Source: Antedon mediterranea
Taxonomy: Eukaryota; Animalia; Echinodermata
Reading direction: 5' to 3'
Assembly (NCBI RefSeq): GCF_964355755.1
Contig: NC_092671.1
Coordinates: 16,492,001 to 16,556,000, forward strand
DNA: 64,000 bases
A model generated the notes under the pieces. It was not told the origin of the DNA. It did not search any database and saw nothing but the letters and a program-made list of their open reading frames with translations. Below, piece after piece: positions 48,080 to 63,000 of this stretch; within the stretch, counting starts at the first letter, position 1; each line of letters starts with the position of its first letter. The position numbers and the translations under genes were made by a program.

Positions 48080-51000
48080 TTAAATTGGCATGTATGTCTC
48101 CCCATACTCATCTTCCGTTTCTGTGACCTCCTGCTCTTCATTATCAAGCTGTATTTATAAAAAAATATTAATTAATACCGAAAATATCATAAATCAAATA
48201 TAAATATGTGCATCTATTTGTGCATAGACAATCTATGGAAAATTGGCACGAATACGGTTAAGTATAGAAAAATTTACTGTATCACTGGCAGACTAAAAAT
48301 ATTCTGTGTGATACTGAGCCTGATTAAAGCTCTGTCTACATTATCAAACTAATTTGACAAAAAAAAGTGTAATATGCCCACAAATGGTATTGATATGACA
48401 TCATGTCCATATATAGGCACATCACATCTGTTTGTCACATAAGGTTTGATAGTGACATTTCTCTTACTATTGACCAATATGTATCTGGCGAAAACCTACA
48501 TTATAGTCTCCTGTAAAAATCAACTCTGTGTATGGACCTGATTGAACTTTGCCAATCTGAATGCGACAAATCATTTCTTCAGGGACATCTTCTGATTTAG
48601 CAAAAGTCGTAATGAAAACGCTGCATTGAAAGTGTAGTTGTATATAACAGAAAGTGACATTTGTCCTAAATAAATATCTAATGTATTGCAGAAAAATAAA
48701 CTTTATTAAACTTACCGCTTCAAGTTCTGATGGTGAAAAAATTCTTCCAACCGCAGAGCGTACCGGAACCAAAAGAATAAGGAAGAAAGGGAACGCCAAT
48801 GCTGCTGGTGTGACTTTGATTATCCAAAGCATTAACAGACAGACAACTTGAATAAATGTATACATATGCATCCGCCACGTCCTCACCTGCCAACATACAA
48901 ATAAAAAATTCTTTTATTGTCCAACATATGAAAATAACATCGCTCATGACAAAAAACTTAATCTTAAGTACTTTAAATAATAATCTTTCTCCCTACTAGA
49001 CAGAACAAGAATGTGTAATTGTTGATCGTGTTCATTTAATGTCTTGATTCTACCATTCTTGACAGCACCTATAATTGTTTCATTTTTTTTAAAGGTGCAT
49101 ATTAGCTTATAAAAGATCTGTGGTCTGCATAGCACAGATCTTTAAATATGCATCATCCAGCACGTGTATGATGTGGTGTACGGTATGTGGAATTAAAGAA
49201 TAATTAAATTGAATTAAAATGAAAAAAAAAATGTAATAAAATGAACACACGACCTAATTACTTTTCCCACCCTACTCAGCACCCAATCAGTTCTGTACAG
49301 TATGTTATCTCATTTCCTGGACAGACCAGTACACAATATTCCAAAGAAAAATTGAATTAATCAGTCGTGGCAATACAGCTAATTAGAATAGATAAAATGA
49401 AATGCTTCATCTTACCTGGCGAACAAACATAGCATCTGGATGGTGCTTTACTGGCATGAACCAACATTCGATTCTTTCTACCAGTTGAATACCACTAAGT
49501 GAACTAATTCCCATATACAAAAAGACACCAAATAGTACTGTTAAAGGCACTTGACTGAGAACAGGGCCCAGTAATATTGATAATCCTATAAAATAACACA
49601 AATTATCATTATACAATAATAATGAAATTAGCTTGATTATTATATTAAAATTCTTCATTGGATTTTAGTTACATACATTATCTTCAAAATATGTAGATAT
49701 TCGTAAGGCATGTGGTGCAGTGTGTGAGATTGCAAGTTTGAATCAAACGTTTGTCACATTGCTTGTATCCTTTACTTATTTGACAAATATGCCCAAAAAT
49801 CAATATATAAATAATAAATATACAGGCAAATCACATTTTTTGGACACATAAAGTTTGATAGTGTAGACAGAGCTTTTCATTAGCCTGTCTCCAACCAGGT
49901 GTACAAATGGGTACCTGGTAAGACCTAAAACACATTTTTGTTGATTATTAGCATTGGGAGTATGTTTCCATATGTGTTTGATCCAAAAAATGACTGGGGT
50001 AGTAATGTGAAGTTTGTGCAATGAATGCTATATAAGAACGAGGATTATTACTATTATTATTATTAATATGTAGATATTACAATTAAGCTTCAGGAATTAC
50101 CTATCAAGGCGTTTACTAACAAGTTAGTAACTCGTTGTTCATAAATTTTATCCAATTTTGGTTTAACACCAGGAGCGGTCGTCTTGCTGAAAGTTGATAC
50201 GCTACCAATGTGAGTGACCGAACGAACAGTTGCCGCTGTCATCCAGGGAAGACCTAAGAGGGCGCACACAAACGCCAATATGCCGATAAGAAACATGTCC
50301 AAATGATATCCAGAACCCTTCTTAAGCTTGTTATCCTTTTTGTTAACAATCAACCTTAAAACACAAAATGAATGATTTGAAATAATAATGTTTTAAATAT
50401 AATGCTCTCAAAAGCCTAAAGGGCGCTGAAACTGCATGATGGATTGAAATGACTTTATATATATAATATGATTGCTATACATAATTTATATAAATAGAAC
50501 ATCTTCTTCTTTCAATTTCCAAAAATATAAATATATGCAATACATAAGTATGTCCATTCCATATATAGTTTTCTGGTAGTGACAAGGACGGAATGCAAAG
50601 GTTTGGTTTATAGAGAGTCAGGAGAGGTTTGTGTATGATTAAGATATCAGATGCAACATTAAAAGACTAAGCAGTCTTCAAATACAAGTGGGTGATGTTG
50701 AACCTAGAACCAAAATTGCCAGCCAAAGTATGGGTACAAGCTTCTACTTTCCCCATCAACTTACGATGTGATAAGCGCTTCCATATATAGCAAGATGAAG
50801 ACCAGGCCTGCTGGTACTGCAGCAGCAAGCACAAATACTAAATCAAGTCGGCCATCTTGAAGTGGTTTGATAGGATTTACAAACCATGAGGTGCGTTTAC
50901 ATGGGTCAGTCGGATTAAAACCACCACGTACTTGAAGTTTCTATTCACAAAAAAAAAATTACTTTACACTTTAATTCATTATTAGAATGCACTCAGGCAT

Positions 51001-54000
51001 TTATTGCCAATTGCATGATGGAAAGCCCATTATGAATGTTATGAGATTTGATACTAGTAGCATGGAACAATGATAAACACTAGTGAAGTAAGGTTTGTGT
51101 TACACCATCTCAAGACAGATACTGGTATGCAGAGAGATGAACTGGCTGTCACAATGGCATATACGAAGTTATGGAGGAATCTAGTCATTATCAGCTTGAG
51201 TATGTCTTGGACTAAGTAAAGTAAGTGATATCTCCAAATGATGATGTTTCTGAAGCAAGAAGCATTTTACTACAGAAGACATAACAACAAAATCTTATCT
51301 TCATCTTATAACTGTAATAAATATATATTCTTTTTCTCGTTTCATTTTTAGGGCACCACTAGTTATCGCCATGCCAACCATTTAAACAAAAATAAAATAT
51401 TAAATTCTTACCTCTGTGTAGACATAAGGCACGACATAATCAAATACACACATAATTAAAATACCAATAGGAACACCAAAATCACCTAACATCTTGCGTC
51501 CCTGGAAGATTAATAGCGAAATTTTCTATTTCTATAGAACATTTCTAAGCTCAGGAAAAAGATGCATTGAAATGTATACTAGGCCTACAGTTGTAATCCT
51601 ACCATGGACAGTGTGTAAAAACATGTTAACCTTTGTCTTAAAGGACAACTTGACCGAGGACCATATTTTTACAACATATTAAGGATATCGCCGCACAGCC
51701 GTCGCTGTAAATTACTGTGACGTCACAGGTGCATCGCAAAATTTCGCGATGGTTTTGAAATCATATGTACATCCTTAATACGTTGTTAAAATATGGTCCT
51801 CGGTCAAATTGTCCTTTAATAAGACTATTAGATCACTTAATGTATGCTACAATAATGCCCTGCGCTGTATACTGAATATCTCAAGAAGCAGTAGTGCTTG
51901 TATGTTTATTGAACATGTTGTCTTCTAAATCTATTATAATTTTATGCAACATATGTTGAATAGTTGTAATATTCTCGTTGCCTGTGTTTGCAAATATATG
52001 TATTCAATATATTTAAGGATTTTTATTTTGATATGGATGAAATAATTTCTGAAATAAAGAAATTGAATTACGTATATGATTTAGTAATATGAGCACTTAC
52101 ATGTTTTCCTAAAAATCTGCTATTGCGGAATATACGCAAAAAGTATGCGATGAAGAAAGTCCCAAATGTTAAGATCACAGACATAAATGCCGTATTTGGT
52201 TCACCATGTTTTTCTTCAGAAAATGTTGTGCAATCTGAGGTATTACTAGATGATGTAAGTGACGTAGTATTTTCATAGTACATGTCTGTAGATAGCATAT
52301 ACGGTGACTCTGTCGTTGATGCATTGTCGTAATGTTCACAGTATAAGTCTAACGATAGTAGTGGATTTTTGCTGAATATCTATGAAAACAATTATAAATA
52401 TTTTTTATATCATTTTGATTTAGCTTTTTGCTTATTTTATTTTATATGATCTACCAAACTATCTTCATTAATTTGTACTCGTACTCTCTGAGCCCTCTAT
52501 TCACCAGCCTGTGCCTCCATTGTTTTTATTTCTTTTATTCCAGTCCAACCAGGCAGTGCTTGTCTCAATTTTGTCTAAGCTCTGCAAATTGTTCTGGCTG
52601 TTTTACTTTATCATTTTAATTAAGCTTTTTGCTTATTTTATATTATTACTTATGGATTTATATTATATACTGTAAATTAGAATTCTAATTATATGAAGGA
52701 TAACAATTTGGAACATCATAATTCAATATCAGTTATAGAAAATATCTGCATACATAAATTTTAGAAATACACATTTTTCACAAATTAATTTTTCTAATAT
52801 TCTTAAATATTTATATCTAAAAAAACACAAATCATAACTTACTTTACTAAGTTTTTTAAAGACTTCATATATAAATATAAGCGAGATTAGAAGAGCAAAA
52901 ATTTCTTCAGTAAATCGAGTAAAAAATCGCACCATTACACTGCCCTCAAACGCAATAACAAATATTGTGATGATGAGAATCCAGATTCCAATCCAACCCC
53001 GAAACTCAAGATATAGATCCTCAATGTCACTGCTTTTGCAAAACTATGAAAACAACAAGAGAAAATCATCTTAAAAGCTCTATCTACACTAACTAACTTG
53101 TGTGATGTGCCCAAATATGGCCCTAGTGATATGCTTAAATATGACATCATCATGTCCATATATGGGCAAATCACATTTGTTGTCACATAAAGTTTGATAG
53201 TGTAGACAGAGCTTAAGCAATAAGTTCAGAAGGCCTAGAATTTTAGTCAATAATCATCAATGGATTGTGAATAGAAAATTCGCATTGAAAATATTGTAGC
53301 ACAGTGCTGTATTTTAGTCTGTTTAAGGTAACATTTTGTTCTATACTCTTTTGTCAAGAGTAATTAAAGTTTTTGCTTAACTCTATGGTTTTTTTTGTTT
53401 TCTTTCTTTCTTGTTTTTTTTGTTTGTTTGTTATTGATATAAATAACTTATTGTTTTTTAAGGATTTCGACTTAAAAGCTTTGCTTTTTTTGAGACCCTA
53501 TTTCCACAACTTTTTGATGACATATTTGTACATCCTTAGTTTTATTTTATGGAATAAATTGATTTTGATTGATTGATTAATCTGTTATAATAATTTGTAT
53601 TTTGTTACCTACAATTTAACGATGAAATTATATTTGTGCATATATGTTTATAATAACTTTATTTAGACAAATGAACTCCTATAAACATGTAGAATATTCT
53701 GTTACTTACTGAATACAGATTCTCTTCAAATATAAGCACAGGACCTGTAGCACCAATAATCATCAGAGGTTGGCCGGAGAATAAAGCAAACACAATGCCA
53801 CATAAAGCAGTTCCAAATATCATCTCAGACACACCCATCCAATTATTTGTTTTCTCGCCTTCAAAACATAATTTTTTGAATTTAAAGTTTTTTTTTCGTG
53901 AAGACAAGAAATTGACAAAGCTAAATATTAAAATGTTAAAAACTAAACAGATTGGGATAATGGTTAGGAATAAAATATATTCTACAAAAGTGAAAACAAA

Positions 54001-57000
54001 ATACAAGATCTAGGACATTTCAATTATAATAAACTGATGGTTGTACAGTGTTTAGCAACAAGTAAAAAATAAAATAATTTTAAAATAATAATCATACATT
54101 CTCAAGTTTCAATCTATTAATAAATGGAAACAATAGTGATACAGTAATTAAAACAATAAACATGATAAAACATGATAATGGGGAATAATAATAGAAAGAT
54201 AATAAAGAAATAAAATAAAGATATTTCTTCATTTATAGTTGCTTCATTATGTATGTTATATACAAACTTAAGCTCTGTCTACAAAAAAAATGTGTTGTGC
54301 TCATATATGTGTATGATGATGTCATATCAAAGATTGTATAGCGCCGCTACGCGGCGCAAGATAGGTAACTGTTGCCAAGCTCCTATCTTATAACACTACG
54401 GGCCCAGTAAATCCATGGACGCCATTCGGGCGGACAGGTTATTATTGTGATTTAAATGTAAATGGTTTAAATTTTGCGGTCCGCCTCTAAGTATCTGTGG
54501 TTAACCATCTTGATGATTGATTTATGGAAAAGGGAAGAAATTATGTAAACAAAGTAAAATAAAAGTTTCTTTGGGATCTGGACACTTTCCGATTAATTCT
54601 GTGTGTTTACATTGATATGTTTGGTTAGACAACTTCGTTCTTTAACCGAAACATCGTGGATATTGCCTTGACAACGACTTTATTCCGGTTCAAATTTGTC
54701 CGCCGGAATGGCGTCCATGGATTACAAAGGTCTCACCCAGTTACCTATCTTGCGCCACGTAGCGGCGCTATACAATCTTTGGTCATATCACTACCATATA
54801 TTTGTCATAATCACTACCTTATTTGGGCACTTTTTTTGTCAAACTAGTTTTATAGTTTAGACAGAGCTTTATGATGGTTATCTATAGGGAAAAGTTAACT
54901 TTTTTTTCAATCAATATTAATAAGATTTGATTTATTTATATTTTATTTAAAGATTTGTTAACGTAAAAGCTACCCAATTCAGAACAAAACCCACATAACT
55001 GCATTCCTTTTCCAGCAATTTAAAGTACATAGACAATTATAATTAAGAATCATAAATAGACCACCAAAACAAGGAAAGAATAGAAAGACTTACCCAATAG
55101 ACCACCAAATGTAATAGCAGGGGACAAACAGGCAAAGAATATGAAAATAAAGGCAGCACAACACTGTACATTAAATGCATCCGTGATATCACTCAAGTAG
55201 AAAGGGTACCGACGTTTAATATCATTATAAAGCCCACCAAACAGTATCCCTGTCCTTTCCAATGGGTCAATCTGCTGCACTAACTCCCCTTTATCTGTAG
55301 CTGTCAATCAAAATGTAAATCAAATATTAATTTTGCAAAGTAACATATTGATTTTCTCAATACAATATAAAAATTAATAAAAGATGTAAAAATTAATAGC
55401 CATTTTGTATTTTTTTTAAATAAAGTTATTCACTTCTGTACAATATATATTTTCACTTAAAACATTGTTCTCAGTCAAATAATTTGTTCTCTCATTTAAT
55501 TTTCAAAGTGAGAACAGTAACAGTAGTGCGTACTATTGCACGCCATGTGACCCACAATCGTCCAATCAAATGACAGGAATTTATTTAGGTGTTATATAAT
55601 AACTATTATGTGACATTAAAATGGTATATTCAACACAATATATCTTTAAACAAATTACCAGTTTCTTCCTCCTTTTTACGCCGAGCTTCTTGTCTTTTTT
55701 TAACCTTTCGGTTTTGATGTCGTAAGATGGGCAGCAATAGGTCTTTGTCCCATTCCCCAGGGGGAAGTACAATACTGTCGTCAATAAATTCATTAATAGC
55801 ACCCAGAAGATCTTGACGGCAGTCTGCTTTGTAAGCGACTTCATGGAAATTCTAAATAAAATAGACATACTGTGTAAATGTAAGAAACTAAAATATGGTC
55901 ACATCACAAAAGCAATAACATTTTTTTATCCAATGAAGTAGCAAAAGTAAGACTACAGAATACTCTATATATATATTAAAAGATGAGTGTTGTTTATGTG
56001 TTATATCGAGCGAGTCATATGGCCGAGCGGTTAAGGCAGGGGCGCCGTTTATCGTACCTAAAGAGCCAACAACAACATCGGCAAGGGTTCGAGGCCGACT
56101 CGCTCCTAGTTCTGGTGGTGGAACAAGTCTTCTCGGATAAGGACTATAAACCGTAGGTCCAGTGTACACAGTTATAACCTGTGTGTACTTTAAAGAACCC
56201 AGTTCATTATTCGAAAAAGAGTAGGGGGTTACCCCGGTGAACTGGTTCACACAATAGCCTCTGTATCAGGGGGATTACCACCTATCTGATAGGACAGTGA
56301 TTAATTCACTATTGGTAATCCTTGGCCACAGTGCCTAAAGACATAAAATAAAATAAATAAATAAATAAATACATCATCTATAGAGTTGCCCCAAGTTTGT
56401 ATTTATTATTTTTTTTATTTTAGTCCACCCGTCAGCATTTTTTATTTTTTTCTGGAAATGAGCTTAAGTGTTATATGTATAGAACGCCATATGTGCCAAC
56501 ATGTTTATCTTTTTACTAATTACGGTCTAGAAACTAGACTACACTGCCAAATGGCAAAAAATACAAATTAAACACAAACTGAAATTTGAAATGAAAATGA
56601 AATCTACCTCATTTGACATAAGAGTTGAGATAGATCTTCCAATCTCTAGATAGTCCATGTCACCACTTGGTCCCAATAGCACAAAGATAAAACGAACTGG
56701 CACTGGAACTTCTGTGAAGTTATCTAAAATGGTTCCAGTAGCAAGGCGGATAAATGACATCGCTGGCTGGTCTAAGAAGTCCACCTCACCAACAAGAACT
56801 GTTGTAGCTTCAGCATCTTTTGGGATTCGTTTCATGATGCCTTCTGACTTGTCTTCTTTTGGTTTTCTTTTACCAAGTTTGAAGTGTACTGAAGGTTTCT
56901 GACTCAACTCCTGATCTTCAGGAATGTCATTCAGATTTTCCATACTAATTGAAAATGTCTTAAGCATCGGTGCCTTCACTTCGTCCTGTACAATTAAAAG

Positions 57001-60000
57001 TTTAGAATAGCCAATACAAACATCTCCCAATGTGTGTGAACAAATTATAATTCTAAAAATAGATAAAGCATATCTGTTGACAACCACATCTAGCAACAAA
57101 CGTGACTAAAATTGTTCAGGAGCACCAATAAAGAACCACTAAACAAATCAAACTTACGGCATGGTTATTTGCTTCAGTGACGAGGTCATTAGGTTCAGTC
57201 TGAATCTTCTTCATGTCAACCGGATTCAGACTTGACGTCGAGATGTTCTTTAATAAGCCCTGACGCTCTTTCATATGCCTGTTATATAAATAATTCACTA
57301 TAATAAATACTAACATTTTGTAATGTGATACGATGAGAATTAAAATAATGTAATTCGTAATAATAATACTGTCGCTTATTATAATAATGCTGATGATTAT
57401 GATTTTTGTTATGTTTTTATGAAATTGATGAAGCATAATGATGAATTAAAAAAATTAAAAATGTATTATAACACATCAAACAATACAACACATGTAGTAC
57501 ACCACCAAGAAAACATAAACTGTAACATAGGCTTTCTATTACAAACACTATTACAGTAACAGATAGGTAGAACACCGTAAGCATGTAAATAAAACACCTT
57601 TTTTTTTATCACTATCACTAAGCATAAGGGTAATCAGTACTTACCCATATAGGAAAGTTTTAGACTGAAGTAAATTTAAATGAAACACATTTTAAACAAT
57701 CAATAAATATTTTGAAAATGTGCAACTATAAATATGCAATGGTGTACGCTAAGTGCCTTTTTGATTGACTTCCAAAATTAGGGTGATAGGAGTGTCTTTA
57801 TTAGCATGAGTACGGTATCTAAAGCTCTGTCTACACTATCAAACTAGTTTGACAAAAAAAAGTGTGATGTGCCCAAATATGGTAGTCATATGGCTAAACA
57901 TGGTAGGGATATGACATCATGTCCATATATGGGGACATCACATTTTTTTGTCATATAAATTTGATAGTGTAGACAGAGCTTAAACATGCCTGAAATTAGC
58001 TTCAGAATGATACTGTCTGTCTACTGGCATCAGAGACCCAAGATTAACGGAAGACAGATTCTTCATCAAACTTTGTCTTCTCGTTATGTGTCTAAACAAA
58101 TCAAATTATAATGTGCTCAACTAAAATTCAAATTAAAAATATACTGCAATATAATACTATATAAATAAAAGCACTGAGATAGAAAATGATTTTTCATTCA
58201 AAAGTGTCTACATGCTATATATAAAAACCCTATCCATGCTTTGATAGAATTAAATAAATTTGAAATAATTAATAAAAATAATAATAAACAATCGCTACAA
58301 AACCAGTTTACTATTCATGATTATACACAATAAGTGTCAGGCTACAGTACCTTAATTAAAGACATTTAATACTATGGGCCTGTTCAAGCTTATTTAGCCG
58401 GGTTTGTTGTTGGCTTGCCTACCAAAGTTAGCCTAGCAATAACTGGTCTATGAAGCCAACTTATCCAGGTAAATAAGTCTGAACGGTCCCTATATCACCT
58501 GTGTCTGTATTGGGGGTAGAATTTCAATAATTGCATATCAAATTGTTTATTATATTATACAACCCGGTCAAGTGTAAAATGTTTGCTGCAATGAGGTAAC
58601 TTCTATTTTGCAATCAAATAAACAAGCGCCCTCTATTGCTTGGTGTATAAATGATAAATTTGTTAAAATTATTCAAATGGTGAAAAACAGCAAATAAAGT
58701 GATAAGGTCTAGCTAACCAAATCACGTCAAACATACCAAAAAAGTGCAATACAAATTAAAAATGTGTAATATCATTACACATGTTGTCTATGAGTTTTAA
58801 ACCTCTTACTTGTGTTTTAAGAGCAATGCTCGCATTACATCGCCGCTGTTCTCTGGCTTTATTTGATCAGCCGTGATCATGTTTTCTACAATTCGATGAA
58901 ATATATCCGACTGTTTTGTTTCTTCCATGTCAAGCATCAAGGAACCTGAAATATATAATGTATTTTTTCCATATTTTATTTATTTTTTTAAATGTATTTA
59001 TTTATTCTTAAAGACATTATACACATCCAATACTAAGAAACTTACCAATTACAAGATGAATAAACAATGTTTACAAACTCTCACTTGATGCTTAGAGAGA
59101 AGAGTTACAGCCAGGAACCTGACATTAGGATTGAACCCTTGACTTTGGGATTGAAAGGCAAGCATGTTAACCACCAAGTTACATTTTTACTACCTTTTTT
59201 TTTTACCAATTTTAATTGGTGGTGAATAGGCGCATTAATATATGCATAAATATATTCAATCTTCAAATTATCCCTTACCTTTTTCTAGACCTCTTCTAAG
59301 TTCCAATAAACTATGAAATGACAATGAGGCTACGTGAGGTTTACCCCATCTGTCGCCCCCTTCCTCCACATCTTCTTCAAACTTTATCCAACGAGCTTTC
59401 TCTTTCCATTGCATCTCATTATCGTCTCCTCTATGAAGTTCATCCAATTCGACAAACACCTAGAAATGTTATCAAGCATAACTTACTATAGTTGTGATTG
59501 TAGGTAGTCTATTAAAGGGTATCCTTCACTATCAAACTAGTTTGACAAAAAGAGTATGGTGTGCCCAAATATGGTAGTGATTTGACATCATCGTGTCCAT
59601 ATATGGGCACATCACATTTTTTGTCACATAAAGTTTGATAGTGCAGATAGAGCTTTAGACAATGAATTTCCATGCAAAATGGACCTTGTTTGTATAGTCC
59701 AACCCACTTCTTTCCAAAGATTAAATAATTGAATAAAACAATATCTCATAGAGTAGAACCCTCCTTTGGGATACCCCTATTTAAAGACCACTTTGTTGGG
59801 TCACCAATGTGTCACCTTCGCTCAGTTTCAGTGTACTCCATATCAACATAAATCTATAAAAATTACTACATAAAATAACTGTACGACAAATAATACCTCA
59901 TGAGGTTTATGATCATATTTGTTGTATTTGTCTTTTGTTTTTGACTTTTTGTAAGAACCCGTTCCTCCGTGGATGATAGAACTTCGTCTTCGACGTTGCA

Positions 60001-63000
60001 CTTTGTGTCTCCTTTTCCCAGTATCTTCAAACCTATGAGCTGATAAGAAAATATTATAGTACACTTGGAATTAGTTTTGTATAATATTTCACATACTTTT
60101 ATTGCTTATAAACCACATTTCTATTTTGAGTATGGAAATAATATTAGTTTTTAAAGTACTAAAGTGAAGTATAGTGTCAACTAACCTACAAACTCCAAAT
60201 CATTCGAAAATAAGAATATACTAAAGTAGCCAAAATAATTTGAATAACTTTAATCTATTAATTATCAAAAATGAAAAGAATGATTTGTTTTGCAGATTTA
60301 TGTGTAAAATTATCACATACATATCTGCAAAAAACAATAATTGAAAATAGTCTTACTGGCCATATCTTCTAAATCTGCTTTGTTGAGCATAATTGCCTCA
60401 TCCATTTCAGTTGGAATTATTTCTGCTGTATCCATCCCCTTTAGATTCACCTGACTACCAATACATGTCCTCAATCCCATATCAGTGCGACGATGGTGGT
60501 GATGCCGATGACCCACACTAGTTTGTCAAAAAACAAAGAAATTTAACTGATAATTAGTCTATTTTTAGTAATTATGCATACGTTGTTTGTTCGATGTTTG
60601 GTAGAAGATATTGGTCAATTTATTAACTTAACAGCAGAATCTACATTTTACATATGGTACGGGACTGAAAGACGTGTGTAAAACATGGGATTCGTAAAAT
60701 CCAGGTTGACCTTAATCGACCCCCAAATACATATCTAAAAAGGCTGCCATGTTTGCCTACTTTACAGCATGCAGCTGTCACTAGCTAGGCCTAGAATACT
60801 AGAAAAGTATATGAAGGCTGGGCAATGTTTAAATAAAGTCTTATGCACTTATATGGTTTGTTGTTGTTAAATTGCATCTTTAATGGAAGAAAATAACATA
60901 TTACACAGTATTTATTTATTAAAATTACTAAAAACGATGACTTCATCGGTCATTTTATGTGTACGTAAAATGCAGGGAACATGCAGGATATGTAAAATGA
61001 TGGTTGTACTGTATAGGATAATTATTTTAACCCAAAGCAACAATTCTACATATTATTATGAAATCTTGCTGCATCACGTCGCTAACTAGAAGTACATGTC
61101 GTACCTATGCCGTGCTGCTTTATTGTGTTGAGTAACGTCCTCATCTTTACTATCATCATCTTCATCTGGAGAACCTATTGTAAACTACAAAAAACAATAA
61201 CAATCATCAAAAGATAAAATTTGAGAAAAACGAACAAACAAAGAGGATTTTGGAAATGTTTACATTTTGTTGTCAGTGAATATTAGAGATCACGCATGTA
61301 GAATAATTATTTTGTAAAAGGACAAGGCAACTTATATCTACAAGCTATTTCAAGCAATTTGTGTAGAAATGTGTTACTGTAGTGTGTTTGATGTGTCACT
61401 GGCTCAAGTCTTGCTCAAAACATATTATTAGAATGTGGAGGGTTAAGTGTCGGATTTTAGGCATTTCATAATATACAAATGAATGTTTATGAGTTTGATG
61501 GTACAAATAATTTTAAGAGGTGAAAGATGAAAGGTTATATTTGCACATGGTGACAACAGAGTGAGAATATGACCTTTCATCTTTCACCGAATGGGATTAT
61601 TTGTTTCACAGATAATTGATAGGAATTCACAGCACTCTCGCTGGAGCACGTGTAAAGCCACTGGAGCATGTGCAAAACCGCTAGAGCATGCAAAAAGCAT
61701 TGTTGTTATGCTGTTGTTAGGGGGTCTCACTGTCCAGGCTTAAGCTAGTAAAATTAGGAATATTTCGCACTAGGTGAAACCCATTGATAAGTAACTTTTT
61801 TCTTATCATGTGACACACAATCATCTAATCAAATGACATGAATTTATTTAGTTGTATTTTTTAGTGAAAAAAACAATAAAAATAGAATATCATAGTAAAA
61901 AAAAAACACTAAGGTTCGTACTTTCGGAACAGGTCTATCTGAATCTCCGTCAGTATCCTCATATGGAACTTCTTCAATCACAGATATTGATTTCTTTAGC
62001 TGTTGTGATGCTATACTTTTTTTGGAACCAGTGTATGGCAGGCCTTCTGCTCCAAGACTTTTTGAGGAAGCTTTCCTAAGTAGTGGACTTAAGGTGTGAT
62101 GTGTTTGATGGGATAACCTTCGATGTGCTATATTGGGAGACATGACAGTAACAATTTATTATCATATAATTTATCTATCATCATAAAAACTATTATCTTC
62201 ATACAAGAAAAGCCCCAAATCAGCTATACAGCATGTATACTCTGCTAGCCCTTTAATCAGAGGCCCATAATATGCCAGGTATTATTGCAAGCATCAAATA
62301 TTAGTATTACTATATCATATAATCATTTATGTAGAATTGTTATGACATATTTCCTGTATCATATTGTGGATAATATTCCATGTGATATTACTTCATTGCC
62401 AACTGGTCTGACTGATATAAGCAGCAAGAATGACCCTTTTAGATAGGCAAACATAAGTATATATCCAGCTCTATGGCCATCTTCAAATTGTTGAATTTTT
62501 GAGGATATACACTTTTAAAATTAATTCTTACAAGTGTAATCTTTTTCACCAAACTGGCCCCGTTGAGCCATTTCTGGTTGCATGGAATCTCCAAATTGAA
62601 ATGAAGCCTGGGTTGAGACCTCAGGGCTAGACATTGTCCGGAACATTTCAAGGTCAAGTTTTTCCAACGGTTCAAAGATCTTATTGATGTCTGCATCCAA
62701 TTCGGCATTGTGAGACTTTGCATCTTCGTCCTTTTGCACAGACTTTCCTTCTTCTTCTTTTGGATCATCTTTAATATCTGCCATTTCAATCTGGAAGAAG
62801 AACAATAAATAAATTTAGATGATGTATCTCTTCTCCATATTTGTCAAATTAACTGTGTTATATTACGTGTTATTATTTATTATTATATTATGTTATTATT
62901 ATTATATATTACGTTCGTTGCAAAATGAGATTCCAAACCGGCACTTGTGCAGTACCCAGTAATCATGAAAATAATAAACAATATTTAATAAAGTTTTTCA

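Noticed and set aside
55888-56250. 120-aa minus-strand ORF
   Set aside because: Antisense reading of the SINE within an SLC4 intron.
61505-61605. Inverted repeat ggtgaaagatgaaagg...cctttcatctttcacc
   Set aside because: Probably part of an old non-autonomous element, but boundaries and TSD could not be defined.
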